Source: Phycisphaerae bacterium
GTDB lineage: Bacteria > Planctomycetota > Phycisphaerae > UBA1845 > Fen-1342
NCBI GenBank assembly: GCA_963675745.2
Contig: CAXXWX010000001.1
Location: 64,001-128,000 of the forward strand
Length of the DNA: 64,000 bases
Direction: 5' to 3'
The position numbers and the translations under genes were made by a program. Below the pieces are notes generated by a model. It did no database searches. It was given only the letters and a program-made list of their open reading frames with translations, and had not been told where the DNA came from. Shown piece by piece: positions 9,555-18,795 of the stretch. Position 1 is the first letter of the stretch. Each line of letters starts with the position of its first letter.

Positions 9555-9738
9555 GCAGTCCGCCTCCAGATGTGTTGCCGCGCCTCCGTGACCAGAATCA
9601 CTGCGCAAGCGTTCCGTGCCCTGAATCCACGGTCTGCACATAGCTGGCCACGGTCGTGAAGCCCCCGCACCGTGGTAAAGCAGACACCACAATTGACATG
9701 GTGTCATGCCTCACGGACAACTGGATATGCCTGTAGGG

Positions 9739-9767
9739 ATATTACCGGGTACCGGCCACGGCGTCAA
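9739..9767 (-). promoter_or_regulatory. Sigma70-type promoter for the hexaheme cytochrome
   Basis: Minus strand TTGACG-17 bp-TAATAT. Confidence 0.7.
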
Positions 9768-9834
9768 GCAATTCGGAGTGTCGGGGTCGGATATAGGCCG
9801 TACACGCCCATTACTCGCGGCATGCCCTCGGGGA

Positions 9835-12258
9835 TCAGCGCGCCGCCCCGTCCGTACCACGCAGTTTGCGGAGTTGCCGTAGACAATAGCGGCCAAGGCG
9901 CTCGCGCTGGCTGCCGTGCGGCATGATCCGAACACGTGTGCGATAAAGCGCTTGAAGCAGGCGCCAGGCGGCGCTGTTGTGAATGCTGGTAAGCTGACGG
10001 CGGATATCCGCAAACTCGGCGGACTCCTGGGCCGTGCGGGCGTCGAGCGCCTGGTAGTTCCGCCAGAGCTGGTCGGCCTCGGCGGACTTCGCAGCCAGCC
10101 GGGCGTCAAGCTCGTGGTACTGACTGAGCAGATCGCCCGCCTCCGACCATTTCTGATCCAGCACGCCGCTCAGCCGCGTGAACTCGACCGCCTGGTTGGC
10201 CGCTTCGTCCAGGTAACGCGGATCAACGCTGTCCAACGGAAGGCGGCGCTGGCCGTCCTTGAGCTGGCGCAAGAGCTCTTCCATTCGAGCGCCCATGTGC
10301 TTCAGTTGAAAGTGCTCAACGACACGGCGGCGCGCGTTGGCGCCCATCGCATGACAACGCTCGGGATCGCGCAGCAACGCGCCGAGCTGTTCGCTGTACT
10401 GCTGAACCTCCGTGTCGGCATCCGCGCGGGGCAGGAGTATGCCGCAGTCGGGCGTAACCAGCTCGCGCTGGCCGCCAACCACGGCTCCGACAACCGCCAC
10501 CCCCATCGACATGGCCTCGTAGATCGAGAGCGCGATGCCCTCCCAGCGCGACGGCAGGAAGAAAACATCGCAAGCGTCAAGCAGTCCCTTCATCTGGTCA
10601 TTGGGCACGTTACCGAGCAGCGTCACGCAGTTTTGCAGTTCGTGTTCAGCCACGTATTGCTTGAGCCAGGGGAAGTCTTCACCGTCGCCGGCGACCAGCG
10701 CGCGGAAGCGCACACCGGCTTGGGATAGCTCGTTCATCACGCGCGCGAAGACGCGCGGTTGCTTTTGCTCGCAGATGCGCCCCGCGTAAAGCAGGACCGG
10801 CAACATCTCATCGGCGATGCGGTGTTTTCGGCGCTGCGCCGCCCGCAGGGCCGCGTCGGGCTTCCAGAAATCCGTATCAATGTTGATGTGCACCACTTCG
10901 ATGGCGTCCGGGTCCGCACCGCGCTTGACCATCCACGATTTCAGGTGCTGCGAGGCCACCACGTTCAGATCGAGAATGCTCTGGCACGCGACGGCGAACC
11001 GCGGATAGCCGCCGTTCTTCCAGTAGTCCTCCTCCATGTGACAGTAATCGCAGTAGGCCGGCTCGGGACAGTGGCCCCGCAGGTATGGCAGCAACAGGTA
11101 GCCGATCTCGCTATTGCTGACCACGACCACATCGGGACGCCGTGAATTGATGAAATAGCGCGCGAACGCGGGGAAGTCGGTGAGGCGCAGGAAGTTGTCG
11201 AGGATGAAGATGTCGGGCGTGTGGCTGGCGAACTCCGGGGCCCAGGTGTTATCGCCGGGCTGGGTGGCCAGGATCGACACCTCCCATCCGCGCTGCACGA
11301 GCTGTGCGGTGAGATCGAGATTGAACTTGTCGGCCCCCCCCATTGTCATCCATGGCAGGATCATGACGACGCGCGGGCGTGACTTGGTCAGGATGTTGAT
11401 CGACGGCACGTGGGTGCGGATCGCGTCGTACGGCATGTGCCAGCGCCGTTCGATCTTGGGAAACCCCTTGTCGTACAGCTTCGGGAAGCGCTCGCGCAAC
11501 TGCTTGGCAAAAGCCGCCTGTCGCGCGCCGCTGTCGAGATTCTCCCAGCGGTCGCCGTGATCCTCGCGACGCCGGTACCAGGCGATGTAGTCGGGAATCG
11601 TGCCGCCCCACAGGCCCAGGTTCGCGACACGCAGCCAGAAGTCCCAATCCTCCATGCCGCCGCGGATCGACTCGTCAAAGCCCCCGGCGCGCCGATGGGC
11701 ATCGCGGCGGATCATGGCCTGTGCGGTGATCCAATTGGCGGTCAGGAACCCATCGGCCTTGTCAAACCCGTGATCCCACAGATATTCCTGCGCGCCGAAA
11801 CCCACAGTGCGGCCATTCGAGACCGCGTACTCGGGATACGATTCGAGGTGCCAGTAGAGTTTCTCCAGCGTGGTGGGTTCGAGCAAGTCGTCGTCATCGA
11901 GCAGAAACGCGCGATCGGTCGTCGCGGCGGCGAAACCGGTGTTGCGCGAGGCGGCCAGCCCTTTGTTCTGCGGGTGGTCGATGACCCGGATGCGAGCGTC
12001 ACGATCGCGGTATTGATCGAGAATGCGCAGGGCGCCGGCATCGGTCGAGGCGTCGTTGACGATCAGCCACTCCCACTGCTGCAAGCTCTGCCGCAGCACG
12101 GATTGCGCGGTTTCGTGAAAGATCTCGCGCGTGTTGTAAAACGGCGTGATGACGCTGACCACGGGTCGCGCTTGCGCGTCGTCCAGGTCGTATTCAAACC
12201 TGGGGCGCCGGTTCGAGACGGGCGTATTGCCGTAATCCGGGCGCCGTGGATCAATCAT
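9835..12258 (-). CDS. Bifunctional glycosyltransferase (GT2 + GT4) with C-terminal coiled coil
   Basis: VSVITPFYN, VNDAS, LDDDD, EDWDFWLR (GT2); LPSRWEGIALSIYEAM (GT4 EX7E); heptad tail ending SAAWRL. Confidence 0.9.
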   Translation of the reverse strand: MIDPRRPDYGNTPVSNRRPRFEYDLDDAQARPVVSVITPFYNTREIFHETAQSVLRQSLQQWEWLIVNDASTDAGALRILDQYRDRDARIRVIDHPQNKGLAASRNTGFAAATTDRAFLLDDDDLLEPTTLEKLYWHLESYPEYAVSNGRTVGFGAQEYLWDHGFDKADGFLTANWITAQAMIRRDAHRRAGGFDESIRGGMEDWDFWLRVANLGLWGGTIPDYIAWYRRREDHGDRWENLDSGARQAAFAKQLRERFPKLYDKGFPKIERRWHMPYDAIRTHVPSINILTKSRPRVVMILPWMTMGGADKFNLDLTAQLVQRGWEVSILATQPGDNTWAPEFASHTPDIFILDNFLRLTDFPAFARYFINSRRPDVVVVSNSEIGYLLLPYLRGHCPEPAYCDYCHMEEDYWKNGGYPRFAVACQSILDLNVVASQHLKSWMVKRGADPDAIEVVHINIDTDFWKPDAALRAAQRRKHRIADEMLPVLLYAGRICEQKQPRVFARVMNELSQAGVRFRALVAGDGEDFPWLKQYVAEHELQNCVTLLGNVPNDQMKGLLDACDVFFLPSRWEGIALSIYEAMSMGVAVVGAVVGGQRELVTPDCGILLPRADADTEVQQYSEQLGALLRDPERCHAMGANARRRVVEHFQLKHMGARMEELLRQLKDGQRRLPLDSVDPRYLDEAANQAVEFTRLSGVLDQKWSEAGDLLSQYHELDARLAAKSAEADQLWRNYQALDARTAQESAEFADIRRQLTSIHNSAAWRLLQALYRTRVRIMPHGSQRERLGRYCLRQLRKLRGTDGAAR

Positions 12259-12361
12259 CTTCTGTCATGCCTCCAGCGCGTGGCACACGCCGCGGTGTGC
12301 CCGCGTGGTGCGACTGCACTCGGACCGTTGACGCGTCCGCCATTCCGTGCCCATCACGTGC

Positions 12362-15049
12362 TCAACTCGGTGGCAAATCCTTCAACAGCCGCGTCCGCCG
12401 CAGGATACGGAAGAGACGCTGTTGTTTCCAGCGTTGCTGGCTGTCGCGCGCATCGGCCATCGCATCGCGATCACGTTCCAACGCCGCACCCAACTCAGAG
12501 ATCTGCGACCGTTGCCGCTCTATCACGGCCTGTAACTCATCGACCATACCCGCGAGCTTGCGGCGTTCGGCGTCGTGCCCGGAGTTCGCCTTCTCCAACT
12601 CGGCAACCCAGGCGCGCAGCTCCTCGATTGCGTTGCGTTGATCGGCGGCCGCCGAGCGGTGCAGCTTCCACTGCTCCTCAAGCCAGTCCTTGCCCTTGGC
12701 CAGATCCTGCGAGTTACGCTGGAGCTCCGCGATAACGTGCTCCTGGTCGGCGACCTTGGACGCAAACCGGCACCGCTGCTCGTCAAGCCAGGACTTGGCC
12801 TCCTCGAGGTTCTCCGCCCACCGGCGCAGCTCGGCGATCGTGGCGTCGCGTTCACGAATCTGCCGCAAGTAGTCGCGGCGCTTGTCCTTCAGCCACTCGC
12901 GCGAGTCCTCGTGGTCGGCCGACCATTCTTCAGTCGTACCGGCGGCCTCCTCCTGCAATACATCAATCCACCGTCGCAGATCGCGGGAATCACGCTGATA
13001 GAGAGTCAGTTCGCGAGAGAGATTCGCGTGCGTGCGCGACCAGGCGTATCCAGGGCGTTCCTTCCAGAGGTCCAGGACGCCCAGGCCATAGGCGCAGCGC
13101 GCCGCCAGATCGGCGAGTTGGGCCACTTCGGGCAGACCGAATGTCGCCGGACGCGCGATATCACCCCAGACGTTGGCCCAGTCGCCCTGTAGCACACGCC
13201 GGGCCTCGCGCAGGCCGCGCTGCCAGCTCTCGCGTGTGGCATCGAGCTTTCCGTCCAGAAGGTCGAGCATGCCGACGTGGAAACAGGCGTCGATGGTCTT
13301 GGTTGCCAGCAATGGGCTGAAGCGCACCGGATTCAGCTCGGCACACGCCGCGAACGCCGCTCTGGAGGCATCTCGGCGTCCGACTTTCAGGAGCAACCGG
13401 GCGATGACGTACTGGTTGGAGATCCGCCAACGCCACGCGTGAGCGGTATCGTCGGCCTCGGCGTGGTAGGCTTCGATGCGCTCGGCCAAATGCGCTACTT
13501 CATCGTGCGTGGTGGAATCGCTCTCGAGGAGACGATATGCCAGCACGCAGATCGCCGCCCCCGCGTCCGCCGAGCCGGGCCGCGCCGCGTTCAGCACATC
13601 TTGAGCAAGATCGTGAAGCAGTCCAGCGCTCGTTGCACGCAGGCCGATGGACACCATACCCCGCACCAGCCAGGGATTGTCGTAGTCCCGGTTGAAAGCG
13701 GTGATGTGGCAGTTTTCGATATCGGCATAGTCCGAGCCAGTGGTCTCACGGTAGCCCGCCGCCGCCGTGGCTACCGGGTCCTTCATTCCGACGGCCACCC
13801 ACCACTCGGCGTCGCGCTCCTGGAGTTCGGCGGGCGGCGCCTCGAACAGCTTGCGCTGGCCGTTGGCAAGCTTGAGCGCGCCGCCGGCAATCTGTCCGTA
13901 TGCCTTCTCGAGGCGGAAACGCTCGGACAGCTCTTCGCGCAGACGCGGCCAGGTGTAGACGTGCTGGTGATGCGGGTTGGGGTCGCGGCCGGTCTCGTCG
14001 GTCCATTCATTGGGGACGCTGACGATGATGCGGCCGGCCGGTCGCAGCACTCGATGAATCTCACGCAGGAAATCGCGCGGCTGGCGCAGGTGCTCGAGCG
14101 TCTCCATCACGACGGCCAGGTCGACTGACTGATCGGGCAGAAAAGCCAGTTCCGCCGCATCAGCGCAATGGAATTCGACATCGGAGTAATCCGGTGCGAA
14201 GCACGCGTTGGCATATGCAATCGCGGACTCGCTGTTGTCCACGCCGATCACGCGCGCCGCCGCACTGCCGGCTGTCAGGATTGCGGTGCCATAGCCCATG
14301 CCACAGGCCAAGTCGAGCACAACATCGCCGGGGCGCACGTAGGGCAGCGCCAATGCATAGCGCGCAATGTGCGCATCCGAGCGGCGCCCGCTCTCACGCA
14401 ACATATCAGTGTGCAGCGTGCGTTCGCGCTGAAGGGTCTCAAGCGGGAACGCCGCCACCGCGGCGGCCGGCATCTTCTCAAAGATCAGCATGATCTGAGG
14501 AGGCTCATACTCGAGCATCTCGTAGTTGATAACGCTTTGCAGACGCGGGTGACGCCGAAACCCGGCTTCAAAGAACCGGCGTTCCCACCAGGCGCGTTCG
14601 CGCACCGTCAGGTGCCAGCGCCGATCACGGTCCGGCGCCGTCGCCACCGTGAGGAAAGCGAACCGCCGCGCCACGCGGTGAAGCTCGTGAACGGCTTTGG
14701 GGATGTCCTCCTCGGCGAGATGTTCGAGAACATCCGTGCTGACCACTGTCTCGAACGCGCTGTCGTCGAATGGAAGCCGCAAAACGGAGCCCTGGCAAAA
14801 TCGCCCGGGGGCAAGCGAATTCGTATATTCAACAGCGCGCGCGGAAACGTCTATCCCGGTGGCATCGATGCCAGCGGCGAGAAAAACGCGCACCAGGGCC
14901 CCCATGCCACAACCGACATCGAGCAATGAGCCGGTGCCGCAGGTCGAGAGCACACGCTCGGCCAGCGCCTGCGCATCCTGAAACGAGTGCTGACCCCAAC
15001 GGTCGGCCCTGCCCCAGTAGTCGTCATAAAGCCCGGCGTAGTCAGGCAA
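12362..15049 (-). CDS. Tandem class I SAM-dependent methyltransferase with helical middle and long C-terminal coiled coil (glycan-modifying)
   Basis: Two motif-I boxes LLDVGCGMG and VLDLACGMGYG; DVLEHL / ETLEHL; NPHHQHVY; coiled-coil tail; TTG start with purine-rich SD. Confidence 0.85.
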   Translation of the reverse strand: MPDYAGLYDDYWGRADRWGQHSFQDAQALAERVLSTCGTGSLLDVGCGMGALVRVFLAAGIDATGIDVSARAVEYTNSLAPGRFCQGSVLRLPFDDSAFETVVSTDVLEHLAEEDIPKAVHELHRVARRFAFLTVATAPDRDRRWHLTVRERAWWERRFFEAGFRRHPRLQSVINYEMLEYEPPQIMLIFEKMPAAAVAAFPLETLQRERTLHTDMLRESGRRSDAHIARYALALPYVRPGDVVLDLACGMGYGTAILTAGSAAARVIGVDNSESAIAYANACFAPDYSDVEFHCADAAELAFLPDQSVDLAVVMETLEHLRQPRDFLREIHRVLRPAGRIIVSVPNEWTDETGRDPNPHHQHVYTWPRLREELSERFRLEKAYGQIAGGALKLANGQRKLFEAPPAELQERDAEWWVAVGMKDPVATAAAGYRETTGSDYADIENCHITAFNRDYDNPWLVRGMVSIGLRATSAGLLHDLAQDVLNAARPGSADAGAAICVLAYRLLESDSTTHDEVAHLAERIEAYHAEADDTAHAWRWRISNQYVIARLLLKVGRRDASRAAFAACAELNPVRFSPLLATKTIDACFHVGMLDLLDGKLDATRESWQRGLREARRVLQGDWANVWGDIARPATFGLPEVAQLADLAARCAYGLGVLDLWKERPGYAWSRTHANLSRELTLYQRDSRDLRRWIDVLQEEAAGTTEEWSADHEDSREWLKDKRRDYLRQIRERDATIAELRRWAENLEEAKSWLDEQRCRFASKVADQEHVIAELQRNSQDLAKGKDWLEEQWKLHRSAAADQRNAIEELRAWVAELEKANSGHDAERRKLAGMVDELQAVIERQRSQISELGAALERDRDAMADARDSQQRWKQQRLFRILRRTRLLKDLPPS

Positions 15050-15256
15050 GTACGCGGTCCCTCTCTCTTCTCACGCCGCACAACCGGCCGTTGCCTCTAC
15101 TCGCTCGTATGACAAGGGCGGCATGGTGCGGTTGGCGGGTTGGCGGAACCCCGCGGGCCCCCGCTCCCGGCACGCTTCCAGTGGCCACAACTTAGAGCGC
15201 GAGACCACAATCCGCAAGCGGCGCTGATTCGCGTGCCCGGCGCCGATGCGCGTCGA

Positions 15257-16336
15257 TCAGTCGCATGGCAGTTGCACTGGATTCTCCAGCACCGAAACGC
15301 GCCCACTGTCCGCGTCAACCTCAACCAGCGCACCAATCGGCAGGGTTGCGTTGTGCCGCGCGTGCCCCACCGGGAAGTTCCTGATTACCGGGACGCCCAG
15401 CGGCGCGAAGTAGTCCAGGAGTACCTGATCGAGGCTCAGGCTTTCCTCAGCGTCTTTGGGATCGCAATCGCTGAACTGCCCCAGAATGACCCCGGCGAGG
15501 TTGTCCAGCTTGCCCGCCAGCCGTAACTGGCACAAGCAGCGGTCGATCCGGTAAGGGCGTTCGCCGACATCTTCCAGCAGCAGAACCCGGCCGTCGGTGT
15601 CGATTTCGTACGGCGTTCCGATCAGGGCGGCGACGAGCGAGAGATTGCCGCCGGTCAGCCGCCCGCGGCCGACGCCGGGGGACATTACCTCGACCGGCGC
15701 GACATCGGCCGGGATTTCCAGCACATATCCCACCGGGGGCGCCTCGTCCTCGGGAGGCGCGTATTGCTCTTGAAGCAGCGCACGCCAGAAGTACCGGGCC
15801 GAGAACGGGTGCAGGTTGTCAGGGCTGCCCAGGCCCCACATGGGGTTAGGGCTGTGAAAGCTGACCAGGCCGGTCTTCGCCTGGATCGCCAGATGCAACG
15901 CGGTGATGTCGCTGAACCCCACCAGGATCTTGGGGTTACGCCGAATCACATCGTAGTCAATCCGGTCAAGGATGCGTGTCGCGCCATAGCCGCCGGTCCC
16001 GGGGAAGATGGCGCGCACATCAGGGTCCTCAAACGCGGCCATTAGCTCGCGCACGCGCACATCGTCATCGCCGGCGAGATAGCCGCGTCGGCGGTAGAGG
16101 TCATCCGGCACGCTCACCTCAAAACCGCGTTCTTCAAGCCGGCTACGCACCAGTTCCATGCGTGTGCGGTCCAGCGTGCCGGCCGGCGCGACAAACGCGA
16201 TTTTGTCGCCGGGCTTCAGCGCCGGAGCGAAGATGGGTGATAGCGGGCCTTTTTCCGCGACACATCCAGGCGCGACACCCACCATCAGGATCCACACCAG
16301 GCCGGCGACGCATCTTGCAGCCATGCACCCGTCCAT
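15257..16336 (-). CDS. ldcA: LD-carboxypeptidase (peptidase S66), probable lipoprotein
   Basis: GGYGA, GFSDIT (Ser), GGNLSL, LLEDV (Glu), PVGH (His); hydrophobic N-terminus with APG-C; SD ggagga. Confidence 0.9.
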   Translation of the reverse strand: MDGCMAARCVAGLVWILMVGVAPGCVAEKGPLSPIFAPALKPGDKIAFVAPAGTLDRTRMELVRSRLEERGFEVSVPDDLYRRRGYLAGDDDVRVRELMAAFEDPDVRAIFPGTGGYGATRILDRIDYDVIRRNPKILVGFSDITALHLAIQAKTGLVSFHSPNPMWGLGSPDNLHPFSARYFWRALLQEQYAPPEDEAPPVGYVLEIPADVAPVEVMSPGVGRGRLTGGNLSLVAALIGTPYEIDTDGRVLLLEDVGERPYRIDRCLCQLRLAGKLDNLAGVILGQFSDCDPKDAEESLSLDQVLLDYFAPLGVPVIRNFPVGHARHNATLPIGALVEVDADSGRVSVLENPVQLPCD

Positions 16337-16674
16337 CAGCTCATCCTCCTGCCGGTTTGCTTGATGCCGAGGTGAGAATGGTGACACGCCTGCCGGATCC
16401 ACGCAACGCGCTGACGGCCGTTAGCGTCGTTAGCCCGTGCGGCGTGCATCCGGCGGCTGACAGAGCGAAAAACCTCACCAGCCCTTGCGGACGACCGACG
16501 TGTCGCTAGCATGCTCGGCATAGGTGAGGGCCATCCACTCAGCGCTGCCGGCGACTCGAGGCAGGTGCCGTCGCGTTGAGTTTTGTGGAAATTTCCAAGG
16601 GCAGGCGTCCGTAAACGCGTGAATAGATGTGAGGAACAGGTGTTCCCACCACAATCTCTGCAAGCTAGGAGTCC

Positions 16675-17997
16675 ATGCCCATGCGAAATGTCCTGTGTTT
16701 TCTGACCATCGTGCTGACTTGCACCTTCTTCCTGATGCCGACTACCGGGTGCCCCAATATAACCACACCACCGGTCGACGGCGGTGACGGCGGTGACGGC
16801 GGCGACGGCGGTGATGGTGGCGACGGCGGCGACGGCGGCGACGGCGGCACCGCCATGTTCACGATCGTCAAGACCGACATCGCACTGCGCGCGGATGCCG
16901 ATCTCGAGTGCGGCGACGACCTGATCGCCTTTGGCACCGACACGCTCACCGGCGTGTCCTACATTATCCCCTCACAGGCACCCACCGCCGGCACGCCCGT
17001 CGCGGACAGTGCCATGTACAGCAGCAAGGCGTTTGCGGTTGGTGGCGACACGATCTTCCTGGTAGGCGCCAACACCGCGGCACTGGCCTTCCAGGTGAGC
17101 GTCTTTGACGTGCCGACCGCCACCATTACGCAGACCTTCCCGGCGACCGAACTCCGGCTCGCGAATGTCCCCGCGGCCGCGGACGACGTCGGGCACATCC
17201 AGGCGGACGGCGACTATTGCGTGGTCCGGTGTGATGGTAACGAGGTTACCGACGGCAAGATTCTCAAGGTCATCGACGTCAGCGGCGCGGCACCGGCGCT
17301 GATTTCCTTTGACGTGAACCCGGCCTCATCGGGCTTTGCACTCAGCCAGGTCGCTGTTGATGCGGCCACCAAGACGGTTGTCGCGGTCGCCGACGACATG
17401 TTCCACATCTACGACATCGATAACCCGACCGCCGCCCCGACACAGATCGCCGCGCCGGACGGCATCGGCGACACGCAGATCCAGATCTCGGGTAACTACA
17501 TCATCGCCGCGGACGACCAGGGCTATGAACATGCGATCCTGGTCGATATCGCCGGCGGCACGACCATCGCGCTGACCGAGGGATTCGTCAACGCCAGTTC
17601 CTCGCTCGGCATCGGCGGCACCACGTTTGCGTTCTTCGCTGACGCGGATGCGGCTGATAAAGGAGAGCGGGCCGCGGTCGGCGCCACGCCCGGCCCCGGC
17701 TATACCAAGGCCGCCCTCGATAACCAGATCGACGGCTCGACCAACAACAACGGCCTGGTCGGTTTTGCCAGCGACCTGTGCGTCGTGCCGGATGGCAGCT
17801 ACATCTTCATGAGCGGCGCGTACCTGCAGTACAGCCCGGGAACGGCATCGTTCACCGTCCCGGCCGATCCGGAAGGAATCGATCCGTACGCGTGTCAGGC
17901 CTGGGATATCGATTGCAGCAGCAACACCGTTGGTTTCAAGACCGCTCACAGCTACGCGGGAAGCGCCGAGAGTGTCGGCTACATCATCCTGCCATAG
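16675..17997 (+). CDS. Lipoprotein of unknown function, beta-rich, with DGG-repeat linker
   Basis: Hydrophobic leader ending TTG-C; (DGG)x8 tether; SD aggag. Confidence 0.75.
   Translation: MPMRNVLCFLTIVLTCTFFLMPTTGCPNITTPPVDGGDGGDGGDGGDGGDGGDGGDGGTAMFTIVKTDIALRADADLECGDDLIAFGTDTLTGVSYIIPSQAPTAGTPVADSAMYSSKAFAVGGDTIFLVGANTAALAFQVSVFDVPTATITQTFPATELRLANVPAAADDVGHIQADGDYCVVRCDGNEVTDGKILKVIDVSGAAPALISFDVNPASSGFALSQVAVDAATKTVVAVADDMFHIYDIDNPTAAPTQIAAPDGIGDTQIQISGNYIIAADDQGYEHAILVDIAGGTTIALTEGFVNASSSLGIGGTTFAFFADADAADKGERAAVGATPGPGYTKAALDNQIDGSTNNNGLVGFASDLCVVPDGSYIFMSGAYLQYSPGTASFTVPADPEGIDPYACQAWDIDCSSNTVGFKTAHSYAGSAESVGYIILP
16777..16848 (+). repeat. 9-bp tandem repeat GAYGGYGGY x8 (coding DGG)
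   Basis: Directly visible. Confidence 0.95.
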
Positions 17998-18064
17998 TTG
18001 GCATGATGAGTGTGGCGCCACTACCAGGGCGACGCACTGCTGAGGCACAGCGACGCATTACAAC

Positions 18065-18100
18065 CGGGCGAGAGTACGCTAACACGGGTGCTCTCGCCCG
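18065..18100. terminator. Hairpin downstream of the lipoprotein gene
   Basis: cgggcgagagtac / gtgctctcgcccg stem. Confidence 0.5.
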
Positions 18101-18215
18101 CTGTTGTTGGCGTATGCCGCAAGTACCGCCAGCGCGGCCGTCTCTGCCCGATGAAGGGCAATGGGCAAAGGGCTCGGGGTGGCCGGGGATCCTTGTTTGG
18201 CTATAATAGGCAAGG

Positions 18216-18533
18216 ATGGACGCACTTATTCAGATCAAGCGGCTAGTGCTGCGCGGGAATGTACGGTTTACCGAAAAAGCCCGCGGCGAAATGGAAGCCG
18301 ATGATTTGAGCGCTGTCGACGTAATTGAATCGATTGTCAACGCGCAGACCATCATGAAGACACTGCGGTCGCGCAGCGGTGCAAAGCGATATGCCGGCGA
18401 GAAACTCTATGTCATCAAAAGTTTCAGCTACGACGGGACGCTCATCTACACGAAAGGCGCAATCGTCAAGCAGGGCAAACGCGAAGTCTTCTACATCTTC
18501 GTCTCCGCCAAGATCGCGACGCTCTCCGGCTAA
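18216..18533 (+). CDS. DUF4258-like small protein (RelE/MqsR-type toxin candidate)
   Basis: VRFTEKARGEMEADDL..DV.E.I pattern; IYTKG; TATAAT at 18201-18206 just upstream; paired with a Zn-finger ORF. Confidence 0.6.
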   Translation: MDALIQIKRLVLRGNVRFTEKARGEMEADDLSAVDVIESIVNAQTIMKTLRSRSGAKRYAGEKLYVIKSFSYDGTLIYTKGAIVKQGKREVFYIFVSAKIATLSG

Positions 18534-18723
18534 ACGCCCTTCGCTCGAAGTATGCGCATCATGCGGATCCAAGCGTGTCCAACGTCGCCGGGTCGTGGTC
18601 CGCCTGAAGGATGGTCGCACGGTAACTGGCGTCGAGGCCGATGTTTGCGCCGCCTGCGGCGAGCGCTACTATGACCTCGAAGCAATGCAACGGCTCGAAG
18701 TCGAGCACCGTGACCGCGCCTGA
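18409..18723 (+). CDS. YgiT/MqsA-type zinc-finger protein without HTH; start uncertain
   Basis: CASCG...VEADVCAACGERYYD motif. Confidence 0.65.
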   Translation: MSSKVSATTGRSSTRKAQSSSRANAKSSTSSSPPRSRRSPAKRPSLEVCASCGSKRVQRRRVVVRLKDGRTVTGVEADVCAACGERYYDLEAMQRLEVEHRDRA

Positions 18724-18795
18724 CCGCCAATGAAGCGGGGCGTCCTTGCCGTCTGAACAGTAGTCGGTGCTATCCGACAGCCCCCGCGACGCTCG

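Noticed and set aside
7398..9659. 753-aa plus-strand ORF and similar long antisense ORFs (984-2390, 11410-12735, 21919-23319, 38811-40118)
   Set aside because: Antisense shadows of real genes, typical of high-GC codon bias; no motifs
15150..15195. JUMPstart/ops-like sequence upstream of the glycan genes (minus strand CACTGGAAGCGTGCCGGGAGCGGGGGC)
   Set aside because: Lacks the GGCGGTAG core; similarity is too weak
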